From: an uncultured Gemmatimonadales bacterium
GTDB lineage: Bacteria; Gemmatimonadota; Gemmatimonadetes; Gemmatimonadales; GWC2-71-9
Reading direction: 5' to 3'
Assembly (NCBI GenBank): GCA_963739455.1
Contig: CAVUAK010000001.1
Coordinates: 2,272,001 to 2,336,000 of the forward strand
DNA length: 64,000 nucleotides
Both the position numbers and the translations under genes were made by a program. Below the pieces are notes generated by a model, which was not told the DNA's origin, ran no database searches, and saw nothing but the letters and a program-made list of their open reading frames with translations. This document shows, piece after piece, positions 12,878 through 22,427 of this stretch; position 1 is the stretch's first letter, and each line of letters opens with the position of its first letter.

Positions 12878-12980
12878 AACTGCGTAAGGAGGAACTGCGA
12901 CAGCGTAAGGAGGAACTGCAACGGCGGTTACCCCAGTCGCTGTTCCTCCTCACGTTGTTTCTGTTCCTCCTCACGCTGTT
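12878..12980. repeat. 21-bp-unit palindromic element (copy 1)
   Basis: 2 x (R)ACWGCGTAAGGAGGAACTGC, central aacggcggttaccccagtc, 2 inverted units. Confidence 0.9.
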
Positions 12981-13002
12981 GGCATAGCCTTATCTTCCCC
13001 AC

Positions 13003-13917
13003 ATGACTCTGGGTCGTGTCGGGGAAAAAAAGCTGGGTCTCTGGGGCCGTCTCAAGCGCGTCATGCTCACGGACGTGGGCGCGCTGGTGCGCGGGCTCAA
13101 GGCTGCCGACCTGGAGGAGATCGAGCAGCTCCTGATCGAGGCCGACTTCGGCGTGCCCGCGACGATGGAACTGGTGGACGCACTCGAGCAGGGGGTGCGG
13201 TCGGGGAAGCTCAAGAAGGAAGACGACGTTCGTGAGGCGCTGATCGCGCGCCTGGCGGCGATGCTGCAGGGCCCGGAGCATCCGGAGCGGATCGCGCGCG
13301 CCAGCAGCGGCCTCACGGTGATCCTGGTGGTGGGTGTCAACGGGGTGGGGAAGACCACCACTGTTGCGAAGCTGGCGAAGCGGCTCAAGTCGGAGGGGCG
13401 AAAGGTGCTGCTCGCCGCCGCCGATACCTGGCGCGCGGGTGCGGTGTCACAGCTGCAGGTCTGGGCGCAGCGCATCGGCGTCGAGTGCGTCGCCGGCACC
13501 CAGGGCGGCGACCCGGCGGCGGTGGCGTTCGACGCGATCGAGGCGGCGACGGCGCGCGGACTCGATACGGTCATCATCGACACGGCGGGACGGTTGCACA
13601 CGCAGGACAACCTGATGGACGAACTGAAGAAGGTCACGCGCGTGATCACGCGGAAGGTGCCGGGCGCGCCGCACGAGACATTGCTCGTGCTGGATGGTTC
13701 GGTCGGCCAGAATGCGATCCAGCAGGGCCGGCTGTTCGGCGAGGCGGTGCAGCCCACCGGCGTCATCGTCACGAAGCTCGATGGCACGGCGCGCGGTGGG
13801 GCGGTGGCGGCCGTGCGGCGCGAGCTTGGCGTACCGATCCGGTTCGTGGGCGTGGGTGAAGGTGTCGATGACCTCGCGCCGTTCGAGGCGCGGGGGTACG
13901 CGGAGGGGCTGCTATAG
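13003..13917 (+). CDS. ftsY: SRP receptor FtsY
   Basis: GVNGVGKTTT, DTWRAGA, DTAGR, TKLDGTARGG. Confidence 0.95.
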   Translation: MTLGRVGEKKLGLWGRLKRVMLTDVGALVRGLKAADLEEIEQLLIEADFGVPATMELVDALEQGVRSGKLKKEDDVREALIARLAAMLQGPEHPERIARASSGLTVILVVGVNGVGKTTTVAKLAKRLKSEGRKVLLAAADTWRAGAVSQLQVWAQRIGVECVAGTQGGDPAAVAFDAIEAATARGLDTVIIDTAGRLHTQDNLMDELKKVTRVITRKVPGAPHETLLVLDGSVGQNAIQQGRLFGEAVQPTGVIVTKLDGTARGGAVAAVRRELGVPIRFVGVGEGVDDLAPFEARGYAEGLL

Positions 13918-15992
13918 TCACGCGCACTTCCTCGCTCCGGCCCGACACCCCGATCCAGTTCCTCAAGGGTGTGGGCGAGAAGCGGGCGGATGCGTTCGCC
14001 CGCCTCGGCATCCGCACTGCGCTCGACCTCGTGTGGCACCTTCCCCATCGCTATCTCGACGCCTCGACTCTCACCCCGCTCGCCAAGGCCCGCGTGGGCG
14101 ACGAGATCGCTGCCGTTGGACGGGTGATGGCGAAGCGGGTGCTGCCGACGCGAAAGGGGCTCCGGATTTTTCACGCGGTGCTGCGCGATGACTCCGGGTT
14201 GCTGGAGTGCGTGTGGCCGGGGCAGGCGTTCCTCGACCGCACCATCCGCGAGGGACAACTGCTGCTGGTGTCCGGGCCGGTGCGGTTCTATCACGGCCGA
14301 CAGATGGCACCGCGCGAGTTCATCATCCTGGGCGACGCCGACGACGCCGAGTCGGCCCCGGAGGGACTGATCCTCCCGATCTATCCCGCCACGGAAGGAC
14401 TGGGGCACCGGCAGATCCGGAACCTCATCGACCAGCACCTCGATGCGCTCATTCCCCTGATCACCGACCTGCTGCCCCCGGCGCGCCGTGATGCGCTGGG
14501 GTTGCCGACCCTGCCCGACGCGCTGCGGCTGGTGCATCGCCCGCCCAATGCGGCGGAAGCAGAACTCGGGCGACGGCGCCTCGCGTTCGATGAGTTGTTC
14601 GATGTGCAGCTGATGCTGGCGCGTGCGCGGGCGCTGGCCAAGCGGGACAAGGGCGGCCTGGTCCAGGTGAGCAACGCCACCTTCACCCGTCGGCTCCGCG
14701 AATCGCTCCCGTGGCCGCTCACGGGCGACCAGGAGAAGGCGCTCGGCCAGATCGCGAACGACATGGCGGCGCCGGAGCGCATGCACCGATTGCTGATGGG
14801 CGATGTCGGCACGGGCAAGACGGTGGTGGCGCTGCTGGCGATGCTGGTGGCGCTGGAGAACCAGCACCAGGCGGCGCTGATGGCCCCAACAGAACTCCTG
14901 ACGGAGCAGCATGCGACGACCCTCGCGCGGTTGCTTGCACCGCTCGGGATCATGCCGGAAGTGCTGCTGGGGCGGATGCCGGCCGCGGACAAGGCGTCGT
15001 CACGCAAGCGCATCGCCTCCGGGGCCGCGCGCGTGATCATCGGCACGCACGCGCTGCTGCAGGAGACGGTGGCGTTCAAGCAACTCGGGCTGGTGGTGAT
15101 CGACGAGCAGCACCGCTTCGGGGTGGAGCAGCGCGCGGCCCTGATCAACAAGGGCTCCGCACCGGACGTGCTGCTGCTGACGGCAACGCCGATCCCGCGA
15201 TCGCTCGCGCTCACGCTCTATGGCGACCTCGACGTATCCGCGCTGCGGGAGCGGCCGCCGGGGCGGGGGAAGGTGCGCACCGCGATCCGCTACGACGGCG
15301 AACGGGAGCGAGTGTGGGAATTCGTGGGGGAAGAATGCCGGCGCGGCCGGCAGGCGTACGTGGTGCTGCCGGTGATCGACGAATCAGAGAAGGCGGACCT
15401 GCGCGCGGCCACGACGATGGCGGAGCAACTCAGGACTCGCTACAAGGACCTGGAGGTGGGGCTGGTTCACGGCCGGCTCAAGCCGGAGGAACGCGACGCC
15501 GTCATGCGGCGCTTCCGCGACGGAACAGTCCATGTGCTGGTGGCGACGACGGTGATCGAAGTAGGCATCGACGTGCCGAACGCGACGATCATGGTCGTGG
15601 AGCACCCGGAGCGGTTCGGCCTGGCACAACTGCACCAGTTGCGCGGGCGGGTGGGACGTGGGGACGAGGAGAGCTACTGCATCCTGATGGCTGACGGCGG
15701 GGTGCCGGAGCGGCTCAAGGCATTCGCCGCCACGACCGATGGATTCAAGGTGGCGGAGCTGGACTTCCAGGAGCGGGGCATGGGCGACCTGATGGGCGCG
15801 AGGCAGTCGGGCGGCATCACGCTGCGGCACGCAAACCTGGCGACCGATGGCGACCTGCTCGAGAAGGCGCGCGCGATGGCGCGGGACGTGATCGAGCGGG
15901 ATCCGGCGCTGCAGAAGGCGGAGCATGGTGCGCTGCGGGACCGCGCGATTGCGCGGTTTCCGAGGGCGGTGGAGTTGTTTCGGGTGGGATAG
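13914..15992 (+). CDS. recG: ATP-dependent DNA helicase RecG
   Basis: GDVGTGKT, DEQHRFG, TATPIPR, QLRGRVGR; conserved LKGVG lies upstream of the first canonical start (13971), so the start is placed tentatively at ATA 13914. Confidence 0.93.
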   Translation: MVTRTSSLRPDTPIQFLKGVGEKRADAFARLGIRTALDLVWHLPHRYLDASTLTPLAKARVGDEIAAVGRVMAKRVLPTRKGLRIFHAVLRDDSGLLECVWPGQAFLDRTIREGQLLLVSGPVRFYHGRQMAPREFIILGDADDAESAPEGLILPIYPATEGLGHRQIRNLIDQHLDALIPLITDLLPPARRDALGLPTLPDALRLVHRPPNAAEAELGRRRLAFDELFDVQLMLARARALAKRDKGGLVQVSNATFTRRLRESLPWPLTGDQEKALGQIANDMAAPERMHRLLMGDVGTGKTVVALLAMLVALENQHQAALMAPTELLTEQHATTLARLLAPLGIMPEVLLGRMPAADKASSRKRIASGAARVIIGTHALLQETVAFKQLGLVVIDEQHRFGVEQRAALINKGSAPDVLLLTATPIPRSLALTLYGDLDVSALRERPPGRGKVRTAIRYDGERERVWEFVGEECRRGRQAYVVLPVIDESEKADLRAATTMAEQLRTRYKDLEVGLVHGRLKPEERDAVMRRFRDGTVHVLVATTVIEVGIDVPNATIMVVEHPERFGLAQLHQLRGRVGRGDEESYCILMADGGVPERLKAFAATTDGFKVAELDFQERGMGDLMGARQSGGITLRHANLATDGDLLEKARAMARDVIERDPALQKAEHGALRDRAIARFPRAVELFRVG

Positions 15993-16060
15993 GGTTCAGG
16001 GTTCAGGGTTCAGGGTTCGGGGTTCAGGGCTCTGAACCCTGAACCCTCAACTTTGAACCT
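15992..16060. repeat. (GGGTTCA)5 followed by inverted (TGAACCC)n; fills the recG/gdh convergent gap; probable bidirectional hairpin
   Basis: Direct reading of the sequence; the array touches both stop codons. Confidence 0.9.
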
Positions 16061-17475
16061 CAAGGAAATATCCCCATCTCCCGATAAATCACCGCCACCT
16101 TGTCGATCGCCGTCACCAGGGCGGCGGTGCGCAGGTCCACGCTCTTGCCCAGTCCCACCTTGGTATCGCGCACACCCTGATACGCCCCGATCATCGTCTC
16201 TTCCAGCCCCGAGTTGACCAGGTCGATCTCGTCGGCGCCGTGGGTCAGCTGCGCCTTCTCCCCGATCTCCAGCGACTTCCCGGTGAGCCGCTCGACGCCG
16301 CCAATGAGCCCGCGGGCAAAGCTCTCGTCGAAGCGCTTCTCCATGCGCCCGAAGCGGACGTGCGAGAGGTTCTTGAGCCACTCGAAGTAGGAGACGGTGA
16401 CGCCGCCGGCGTTGAGGTAGAGATCGGGAAGCACCAGCACGCCGCGCTGCTGAAGGATTGTATCGCCTTCGTTGGTGGTGGGGCCGTTGGCGCCCTCGGC
16501 GATGATCTTCGCCTTGATCCTCGGCGCGTTCTCGGCGGTGATCTGTCGTTCGAGGGCGGCGGGAACCAGGATGTCGCAGTCGAGTTCGAGGGCGGCGAGC
16601 GACGGGGAGATGTTGGTGGCGCCCGGGTAGTTGAGGCAGCTGCCGGTCGCCTTGCGGTGGGCCACGACCTTTTCGAGGTCGAGGCCCCTGGGATTGTGGA
16701 TCGCGCCCTCACGCTCGGCGATACCGACGATGAGCGCGCCACCTTCCTCGAGAAACTTGGCGGCGTGATAGCCCACGTTGCCCAGGCCCTGCACGACGAC
16801 GCGCTTGCCGGCGAGACCGGGGGTGAGCCCGAGGGCCTTCATGTCCTCTGCCACGTCGCAGGCCTCGCGCACCCCGAAGAAGACGCCGCGACCGGTGGCC
16901 TCGGTGCGCCCGCGGATGCCGCCCAACTGGACCGGCTTGCCGGTGACGCAGCCGAGTGCGTTCAGGTCGTCGGACCGGATCTGGGCGTAGGTGTCGGCGA
17001 TCCAGGCCATTTCCTTCGGGCCGGTGCCGAAATCGGGGGCGGGGACGTCGATGCCAGGCCCGATGTAGTTCTTCCGGACGAGCTCGAAGGTGTAGCGACG
17101 GGTGATGCGCTCCAGTTCCCCCTCGGAATACTTGTGACGCGAGATGCGAATGCCGCCCTTGGCGCCGCCGAACGGCACGTCCACCACGGCGCACTTGTAG
17201 GTCATGAGGGCGGCCAGTGCCATCGTCTCCTCCGCGTCGACGTTGACGTCGTAGCGGATGCCGCCCTTGGTGGGGAGCTTGTGCTGGCTGTGCTCGGCGC
17301 GCCAGGCGTGGATGGTCTCGAGCGTGCCGTCGTCGCGCCGGAGCGGAAAGCTGAACTGGACCACGGTGTTGCACTGCCGGATCTGGCCCAGCAGGGTCGG
17401 ATGGTGTTTCGTCAGCGCGGCTGCCCGGTCAAAGCTGGCCTCGACCTGCGCGAGAAAGCTGGCACCCTGGGACAT
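16060..17475 (-). CDS. gdhA: Glutamate dehydrogenase (Glu/Leu/Phe/Val family)
   Basis: KGGIRY, MTYKCAVVDVPFGGAKGG, DVPAPD, QGLGNVG, AEGANGP, NAGGVTVSYFEW. Confidence 0.92.
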   Translation of the reverse strand: MSQGASFLAQVEASFDRAAALTKHHPTLLGQIRQCNTVVQFSFPLRRDDGTLETIHAWRAEHSQHKLPTKGGIRYDVNVDAEETMALAALMTYKCAVVDVPFGGAKGGIRISRHKYSEGELERITRRYTFELVRKNYIGPGIDVPAPDFGTGPKEMAWIADTYAQIRSDDLNALGCVTGKPVQLGGIRGRTEATGRGVFFGVREACDVAEDMKALGLTPGLAGKRVVVQGLGNVGYHAAKFLEEGGALIVGIAEREGAIHNPRGLDLEKVVAHRKATGSCLNYPGATNISPSLAALELDCDILVPAALERQITAENAPRIKAKIIAEGANGPTTNEGDTILQQRGVLVLPDLYLNAGGVTVSYFEWLKNLSHVRFGRMEKRFDESFARGLIGGVERLTGKSLEIGEKAQLTHGADEIDLVNSGLEETMIGAYQGVRDTKVGLGKSVDLRTAALVTAIDKVAVIYREMGIFP

Positions 17476-17568
17476 GACGGCTCCGGTCGGTAGATCGATC
17501 GTCACAACGGGGAGGTTCGGAGGGCTCCGTAGAGACCGGAATATGCGAAGCCGCCCGCCTGCCGCAAG

Positions 17569-17597
17569 TTGACCATACGGTGACCCGCCAGTAATCT
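17569..17597 (+). promoter_or_regulatory. Sigma70-type promoter for asnS
   Basis: TTGACC-N17-TAATCT, 10 nt before ATG 17608. Confidence 0.6.
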
Positions 17598-17607
17598 CCC
17601 TCCCGCC

Positions 17608-18903
17608 ATGACAATGACTTACATCAGCGAACTCCCCCGCCACGTCGGCGACACCGTGACCCTCCGCGGCTGGATCATGACGACCCGGTCCAGCGGCAAG
17701 ATCGCGTTCCTCGTGCTGCGTGACGGTTCGGGCTATGTGCAGGGTGTCCTCTCGAAGCGGGAGGTGCCCGAGGATACGTGGGCGCTCTTCCTGACCCTGG
17801 CGCAGGAAACGTCGGTGGCGGTCACCGGCGTGGTGCGCGAGGATCCCCGGGCGCCGGCCGGTGTCGAACTGACCGTCACTGGCCTCGAGGTGCTGGGCAA
17901 GAGCGTGGATTTCCCGGTCTCGCCGAAGGAGCACGGCACCCAGTTCCTGTTCGAGCAGCGCCACCTCTGGCTCCGGAGTCGCCGGCAGGTGGCGATCGCC
18001 CGGGTTCGGCACGAGGTGGTGCAGTCGATCCGCGACTTCTTCTACCAGCGTGACTTCGTGCTGGTGGACACCCCGATCCTGACGGGGGCCATCGGCGAGG
18101 AGGCGGGGAACCTCTTTTCCACCGACTACTTCGACCTGGGCAAGGCGTACCTGGCGCAGACGGGGCAGCTCTACGTCGAGGCGGCCGCGGCGTCGCTGGG
18201 CAAGGTGTACTGCTTCGGGCCGACGTTCCGGGCCGAGAAGTCGAAGACCCGCCGGCACCTCACCGAGTTCTGGATGGTGGAGCCGGAAGTGGCATTCAAC
18301 GACTCGAACGACAACATGCGGCTGCAGGAAGAGTTCGTGAGCTACATCGTGGGGCGCGCGCTGGAGCGCTGCGCCGAGCAGCTCAAGGAGCTCGAGCGGG
18401 ACACGGCGCCACTGGAGCGGGTGAAGGCCCCGTTCGCGCGCATCAGCTATACCGATGCGGTGGCGGCGCTCAACCGGATGGGCTCGGACATGCAGTGGGG
18501 GCACGACCTTGGTGGGGATGACGAGACGCTCCTGGCTCAGCAGTACGACCGCCCGGTGTTCGTCTACAACTACCCGAAGGGCGTGAAGGCGTTCTACATG
18601 AAGGAGAATCCCGAGGATCCGCGGACGGTGCTGAACAATGACTGCCTGGCACCCGAGGGATACGGCGAGATCATCGGCGGTTCACAGCGGGAGGACGACT
18701 ACGACCTGCTGCTGGCCCGGATCAAGGGGCAGGGTCTCGATCCGGAGGCGTATCGCTGGTACCTCGACCTCCGGAAGTATGGAACGTTCGTGCACTCCGG
18801 GTTCGGCCTGGGTGTGGAGCGCACGGTCGCGTGGATTTCGGGGATCCAGCATGTGCGGGAGGCGATCGCGTTTCCGAGGCAGCTGCACAGATTGTATCCG
18901 TAG
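17608..18903 (+). CDS. asnS: Asparagine--tRNA ligase
   Basis: OB-fold FLVLRDGSG, FRAEKSKTRRHLTEFWM, GEIIGGSQRE, GFGLGVER. Confidence 0.95.
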   Translation: MTMTYISELPRHVGDTVTLRGWIMTTRSSGKIAFLVLRDGSGYVQGVLSKREVPEDTWALFLTLAQETSVAVTGVVREDPRAPAGVELTVTGLEVLGKSVDFPVSPKEHGTQFLFEQRHLWLRSRRQVAIARVRHEVVQSIRDFFYQRDFVLVDTPILTGAIGEEAGNLFSTDYFDLGKAYLAQTGQLYVEAAAASLGKVYCFGPTFRAEKSKTRRHLTEFWMVEPEVAFNDSNDNMRLQEEFVSYIVGRALERCAEQLKELERDTAPLERVKAPFARISYTDAVAALNRMGSDMQWGHDLGGDDETLLAQQYDRPVFVYNYPKGVKAFYMKENPEDPRTVLNNDCLAPEGYGEIIGGSQREDDYDLLLARIKGQGLDPEAYRWYLDLRKYGTFVHSGFGLGVERTVAWISGIQHVREAIAFPRQLHRLYP

Positions 18904-18906
18904 CTG

Positions 18907-19037
18907 AACAGCGTAAGGAGGAACAGAAAAAGCGTAAGGAGGAACTGAAACAGCGGTCACCGCGGTCGCGGTTCCTCCTCACGCCGTTGCAGCTCCTCCC
19001 TACGTGGTTTCCCTGCGCAGTTCCTCCTCACGTAGTT
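18907..19037. repeat. 21-bp-unit palindromic element (copy 2), overlapping the mazG 3' end
   Basis: 2 direct units, central aacagcggtcaccgcggtc, 3 inverted units. Confidence 0.9.
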
Positions 19038-19773
19038 TGGTCTGGTCCCATAGTTGGTCAAGCACTTCCAGCCCCGCCGTATGCATGTCGATTGCCTTCT
19101 CCGCAGCCATCCGCTCGATCTCGGCGAACCGGCGGCGGAACTTGGCATTGGTGCGATCGAGGGCCGGGCCGGGCTGCACGCCCGCCTTGCGCGCGACGTT
19201 GACGACGGCGAAGAGCAGGTCGCCGATTTCATCGGCCAGTGCCTCATGCCCATCCTGCCCGACTGAGAGTTCCTCCTCCACTTCCGCGAGTTCCTCCCGC
19301 ACCTTGTTGAGCGGGCCACCGACGTCGGGCCAGTCGAAGCCGACGCTCGCGGCGCGTTCCTGCAGCCGGTAGGCCATGAGGAGATCGGGCAGCGTGGGAG
19401 GCAGTCCCTCGAGGAGTCCCTTCCGTCCTTCCTTCCGCTTCAGCTGCTCCCAGGGTTCGCGCGGCCCCAGGTTGAAGAGGTGGGGATGGCGGCGCTCCAT
19501 CTTGCGCACGATGCGATCCGCGATGTCGTCAGGCGTGGTTTCCCCGCGCTCCTCCGCGATCACGAATTGCCACGCCAGGTGCAGGAGGAAATCGCCGAGT
19601 TCCTCGCGGATGGCGTCGGGATCTTCCTCACGGAGCGCGTGATCGAGCTCGAGGACTTCCTCGACGAGATAGGGACGCAGGGTCTCTCGCGTCTGCGAGC
19701 GATCCCAGGCGCAGCGGACGCGCAGGTCCTTCACGAGGTCGAGCACCCGCTCCAGCGGTGGCCTGTCTTGCAT
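19000..19773 (-). CDS. mazG: Nucleoside triphosphate pyrophosphohydrolase MazG
   Basis: CAWDRSQT, EELGD, RRHPHLF, GFDWPD, EIGDLLF, KFRRRF. Confidence 0.93.
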   Translation of the reverse strand: MQDRPPLERVLDLVKDLRVRCAWDRSQTRETLRPYLVEEVLELDHALREEDPDAIREELGDFLLHLAWQFVIAEERGETTPDDIADRIVRKMERRHPHLFNLGPREPWEQLKRKEGRKGLLEGLPPTLPDLLMAYRLQERAASVGFDWPDVGGPLNKVREELAEVEEELSVGQDGHEALADEIGDLLFAVVNVARKAGVQPGPALDRTNAKFRRRFAEIERMAAEKAIDMHTAGLEVLDQLWDQTKLREEELRRETT

Positions 19774-19805
19774 GGGTTCTCCGTCCCGGTAGCTTACGCG
19801 CCGAC

Positions 19806-20876
19806 ATGACGATACCTGAGCCCAAGCCGCTGCGCGCGTGGGTGGACGTGGACCTCACCGCACTGGTGAGAAACGCGCGCACCATCATGACCCGTTCACG
19901 CGCCCGCCTGTTGCCGATGGTGAAAGCTAACGGTTACGGACTCGGGGCCGTGCGGGTGAGCCGGGCGCTCGAATCGCTCGATCCCTGGGGATTCGGGGTG
20001 GCGACGGTGAGCGAGGGCATCGAGTTGCGCGCGGCGGGCATTGCGCGCCCGATCGTGGTGTTCTCGCCGCTGGTTCCCGCGGCGTTCGCGGAGTGCATGG
20101 CGCACGACCTCCGTCCCTCACTGGGGGACGTCGCGTCCCTCGCGGCGTGGATACCGAGCGGCAAGCCCTTTCACCTGGAAATTGACACCGGCATGGCGCG
20201 CGCCGGTCTCCGCTGGACCGAGGGCTTTGCGCTCGCGGAGGCCGCGCGGCTGCTGGCGGGGGCGAGTGCCTGGGAGGGAGTGTTCACCCACTTCCATTCA
20301 TCGGACACCGATCCGTCGGCGACGCAGGCGCAGTGGGAACGATTCGAGATGGTGCTGGGCGCGCTGCCCTCGCGACCGCCGCTGGTGCACGCGGCGAGCA
20401 GCGCCGCCGCCCTCGCGGGCACCCGCTATTCGGCCGACCTGGTACGGCCCGGCATCTTCCTCTATGGCGGCGCCGCGGGTGGCATGGCACCGGAGCCGGT
20501 GGCGCGGTTGTGCGCGAGGGTGATCGCGACGCGCCAGCTGCACGCGGGAGATTCGGCGAGTTACGGGGCCACGTGGCACGCTCCCGGTCCGGTTGCGGTC
20601 GCGACGCTCGGCATCGGGTACGCCGACGGGGTGCCCCGCAGCCTCAGCAATCATGGCGCGATCGAAGTGCGTGGCCGACGGTGCCCGATCGTTGGACGGG
20701 TCACCATGGACATGACGATGATCGAGTCCGATGCAAGTGTCGGTGACGTGGCGACGGTGTTCGGCGGCATCGTGACGCTGGACCAGCAGGCGGCGGCAGC
20801 GGGGACGATCAGCTACGAGTTGCTGACCTCCATCTCACCGCGGGTGGAGCGCCGGTACGTCGAGCTGGCACCGTGA
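19806..20876 (+). CDS. alr: Alanine racemase
   Basis: MVKANGYGLG (PLP lysine), IDTGMAR, GYADG, GRVTMD, TISYELL. Confidence 0.93.
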   Translation: MTIPEPKPLRAWVDVDLTALVRNARTIMTRSRARLLPMVKANGYGLGAVRVSRALESLDPWGFGVATVSEGIELRAAGIARPIVVFSPLVPAAFAECMAHDLRPSLGDVASLAAWIPSGKPFHLEIDTGMARAGLRWTEGFALAEAARLLAGASAWEGVFTHFHSSDTDPSATQAQWERFEMVLGALPSRPPLVHAASSAAALAGTRYSADLVRPGIFLYGGAAGGMAPEPVARLCARVIATRQLHAGDSASYGATWHAPGPVAVATLGIGYADGVPRSLSNHGAIEVRGRRCPIVGRVTMDMTMIESDASVGDVATVFGGIVTLDQQAAAAGTISYELLTSISPRVERRYVELAP

Positions 20877-22048
20877 GCCGAACCCGCCGGGCCGCCATCA
20901 TCGTCCTGGATGGTCTCGGATGCGGTCCGGCGGCTGACACTGCCGCGTATGGCGATGCCGGGAGCGATACGCTCGGCAATGTGGCTCGCGCCGTTGGCGG
21001 CCTGACGCTGCCCAACCTCGAGCGGTTCGGGCTGGGTAACTGTGCCCCGATACCGGGGGTCGCACCGGTGCCGGCGCCTCTGGCGGCGCACGGCATTGCC
21101 GAACCGCTCAGCCCGGGGAAGGACAGCACCACTGGCCACTGGGAGCTATGCGGATTGGTGCTGCCGAGGCCGTTTGCGACGTACCCGAATGGCTTTCCGG
21201 CTGAACTGCTGGCAGAGTTTTCCCGGCGCACTGGCCGGGGGGTTCTGGGGAACAAGGCTGCATCGGGCACGGCGATCCTCGACGAACTCGGCGCAGAGCA
21301 TGTGCGGACGGGCAACTGGATCGTCTACACGTCGGCGGACAGTGTTTTCCAGGTGGCTGCCCACGAAGCGACGGTACCGCTGGCGGAACTGTACCGGGCC
21401 TGCGGGATCGCGCGGGAGATGATGACGGGCGAGCATGCGGTATCGCGGGTCATCGCGCGCCCGTTCACCGGCACACCGGGGCACTGGACCCGGACCCCGG
21501 CCCGGAAGGACCTGAGCCTTGTCCCACCAGGGGCCACGCTGCTGGACCGGCTGGCGGACGCAAGGGTTCCGGTGGTGGGGGTGGGGAAGGTGGACGACCT
21601 CTTCGCGGGGCGGGGGATCAGCAGCCGTCACACCGCGACCAACGCGGAGGCGTACCAGCTCATCGGGGACGCCCTGGGCAGCATGGAGGGCGGGTTCCTC
21701 TTCGCCAACGTGATCGAGTTCGACCAGAGTTGGGGGCATCGCAACGACGTCCCGGGGTTTCACCGGGGACTGCTCGAACTGGATGCTGCCCTCCCCGGAA
21801 TACTCGCCTCGGGCCGGGCGGACGACCTGATTATCTTCACCGCGGACCACGGCAACGATCCAACGACGCCCTCCACCGATCACTCGCGCGAGGTGGTGCC
21901 GCTGCTGGCCTGGGGCCCGAAGGTGCGGCCGGTCGCACTGGGAGTGCGGCGGAGCTTCGCCGATGTGGGGCAGACGGTGGCGGAGTTCCTCGGCGCGGCG
22001 AAGCTGCCCGCCGGCGATTCATTTCTTCATGAGGTCTGGCGTGACTGA
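20873..22048 (+). CDS. deoB: Phosphopentomutase
   Basis: IVLDG, GKDSTTGHWE, YTSADSVFQ, RVIARPF, GHRND, TADHGNDPT. Confidence 0.95.
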   Translation: MSRTRRAAIIVLDGLGCGPAADTAAYGDAGSDTLGNVARAVGGLTLPNLERFGLGNCAPIPGVAPVPAPLAAHGIAEPLSPGKDSTTGHWELCGLVLPRPFATYPNGFPAELLAEFSRRTGRGVLGNKAASGTAILDELGAEHVRTGNWIVYTSADSVFQVAAHEATVPLAELYRACGIAREMMTGEHAVSRVIARPFTGTPGHWTRTPARKDLSLVPPGATLLDRLADARVPVVGVGKVDDLFAGRGISSRHTATNAEAYQLIGDALGSMEGGFLFANVIEFDQSWGHRNDVPGFHRGLLELDAALPGILASGRADDLIIFTADHGNDPTTPSTDHSREVVPLLAWGPKVRPVALGVRRSFADVGQTVAEFLGAAKLPAGDSFLHEVWRD

Positions 22049-22427
22049 AACGCTGGTCGCGGCGGCGCGCCGCGCGCAGCAGCAGGCTTATGCCCCGTAC
22101 TCGAAGTACCAGGTTGGCGCGGCACTCGAGGCGGAGGATGGGCAGATCTACACGGGCTGCAACGTCGAGAACGCGTCCTTCGGGCTCACGATCTGCGCGG
22201 AGCGCACGGCCGTGGCGTCGGCGGTGATGGCAGGGGCCAGGCGGTTCCGGCGTATCGCCATCGCGGTGGGGAGCGAGCCGCCGGCGATGCCCTGCGGTGC
22301 CTGTCGCCAGGTGCTGGCCGAGTTCGGGCTCGAGCTCACGGGCGAATCGGTGGGACCGAGCACGCGGGTGTCCTGGAACCTCCGGCACCTGCTGCCCGAC
22401 GCGTTCGGGCCCGGCAACCTGGCATGA
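22041..22427 (+). CDS. cdd: Cytidine deaminase
   Basis: AYAPYS, GCNVENAS, CAER, PCGACRQ. Confidence 0.95.
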   Translation: MTETLVAAARRAQQQAYAPYSKYQVGAALEAEDGQIYTGCNVENASFGLTICAERTAVASAVMAGARRFRRIAIAVGSEPPAMPCGACRQVLAEFGLELTGESVGPSTRVSWNLRHLLPDAFGPGNLA

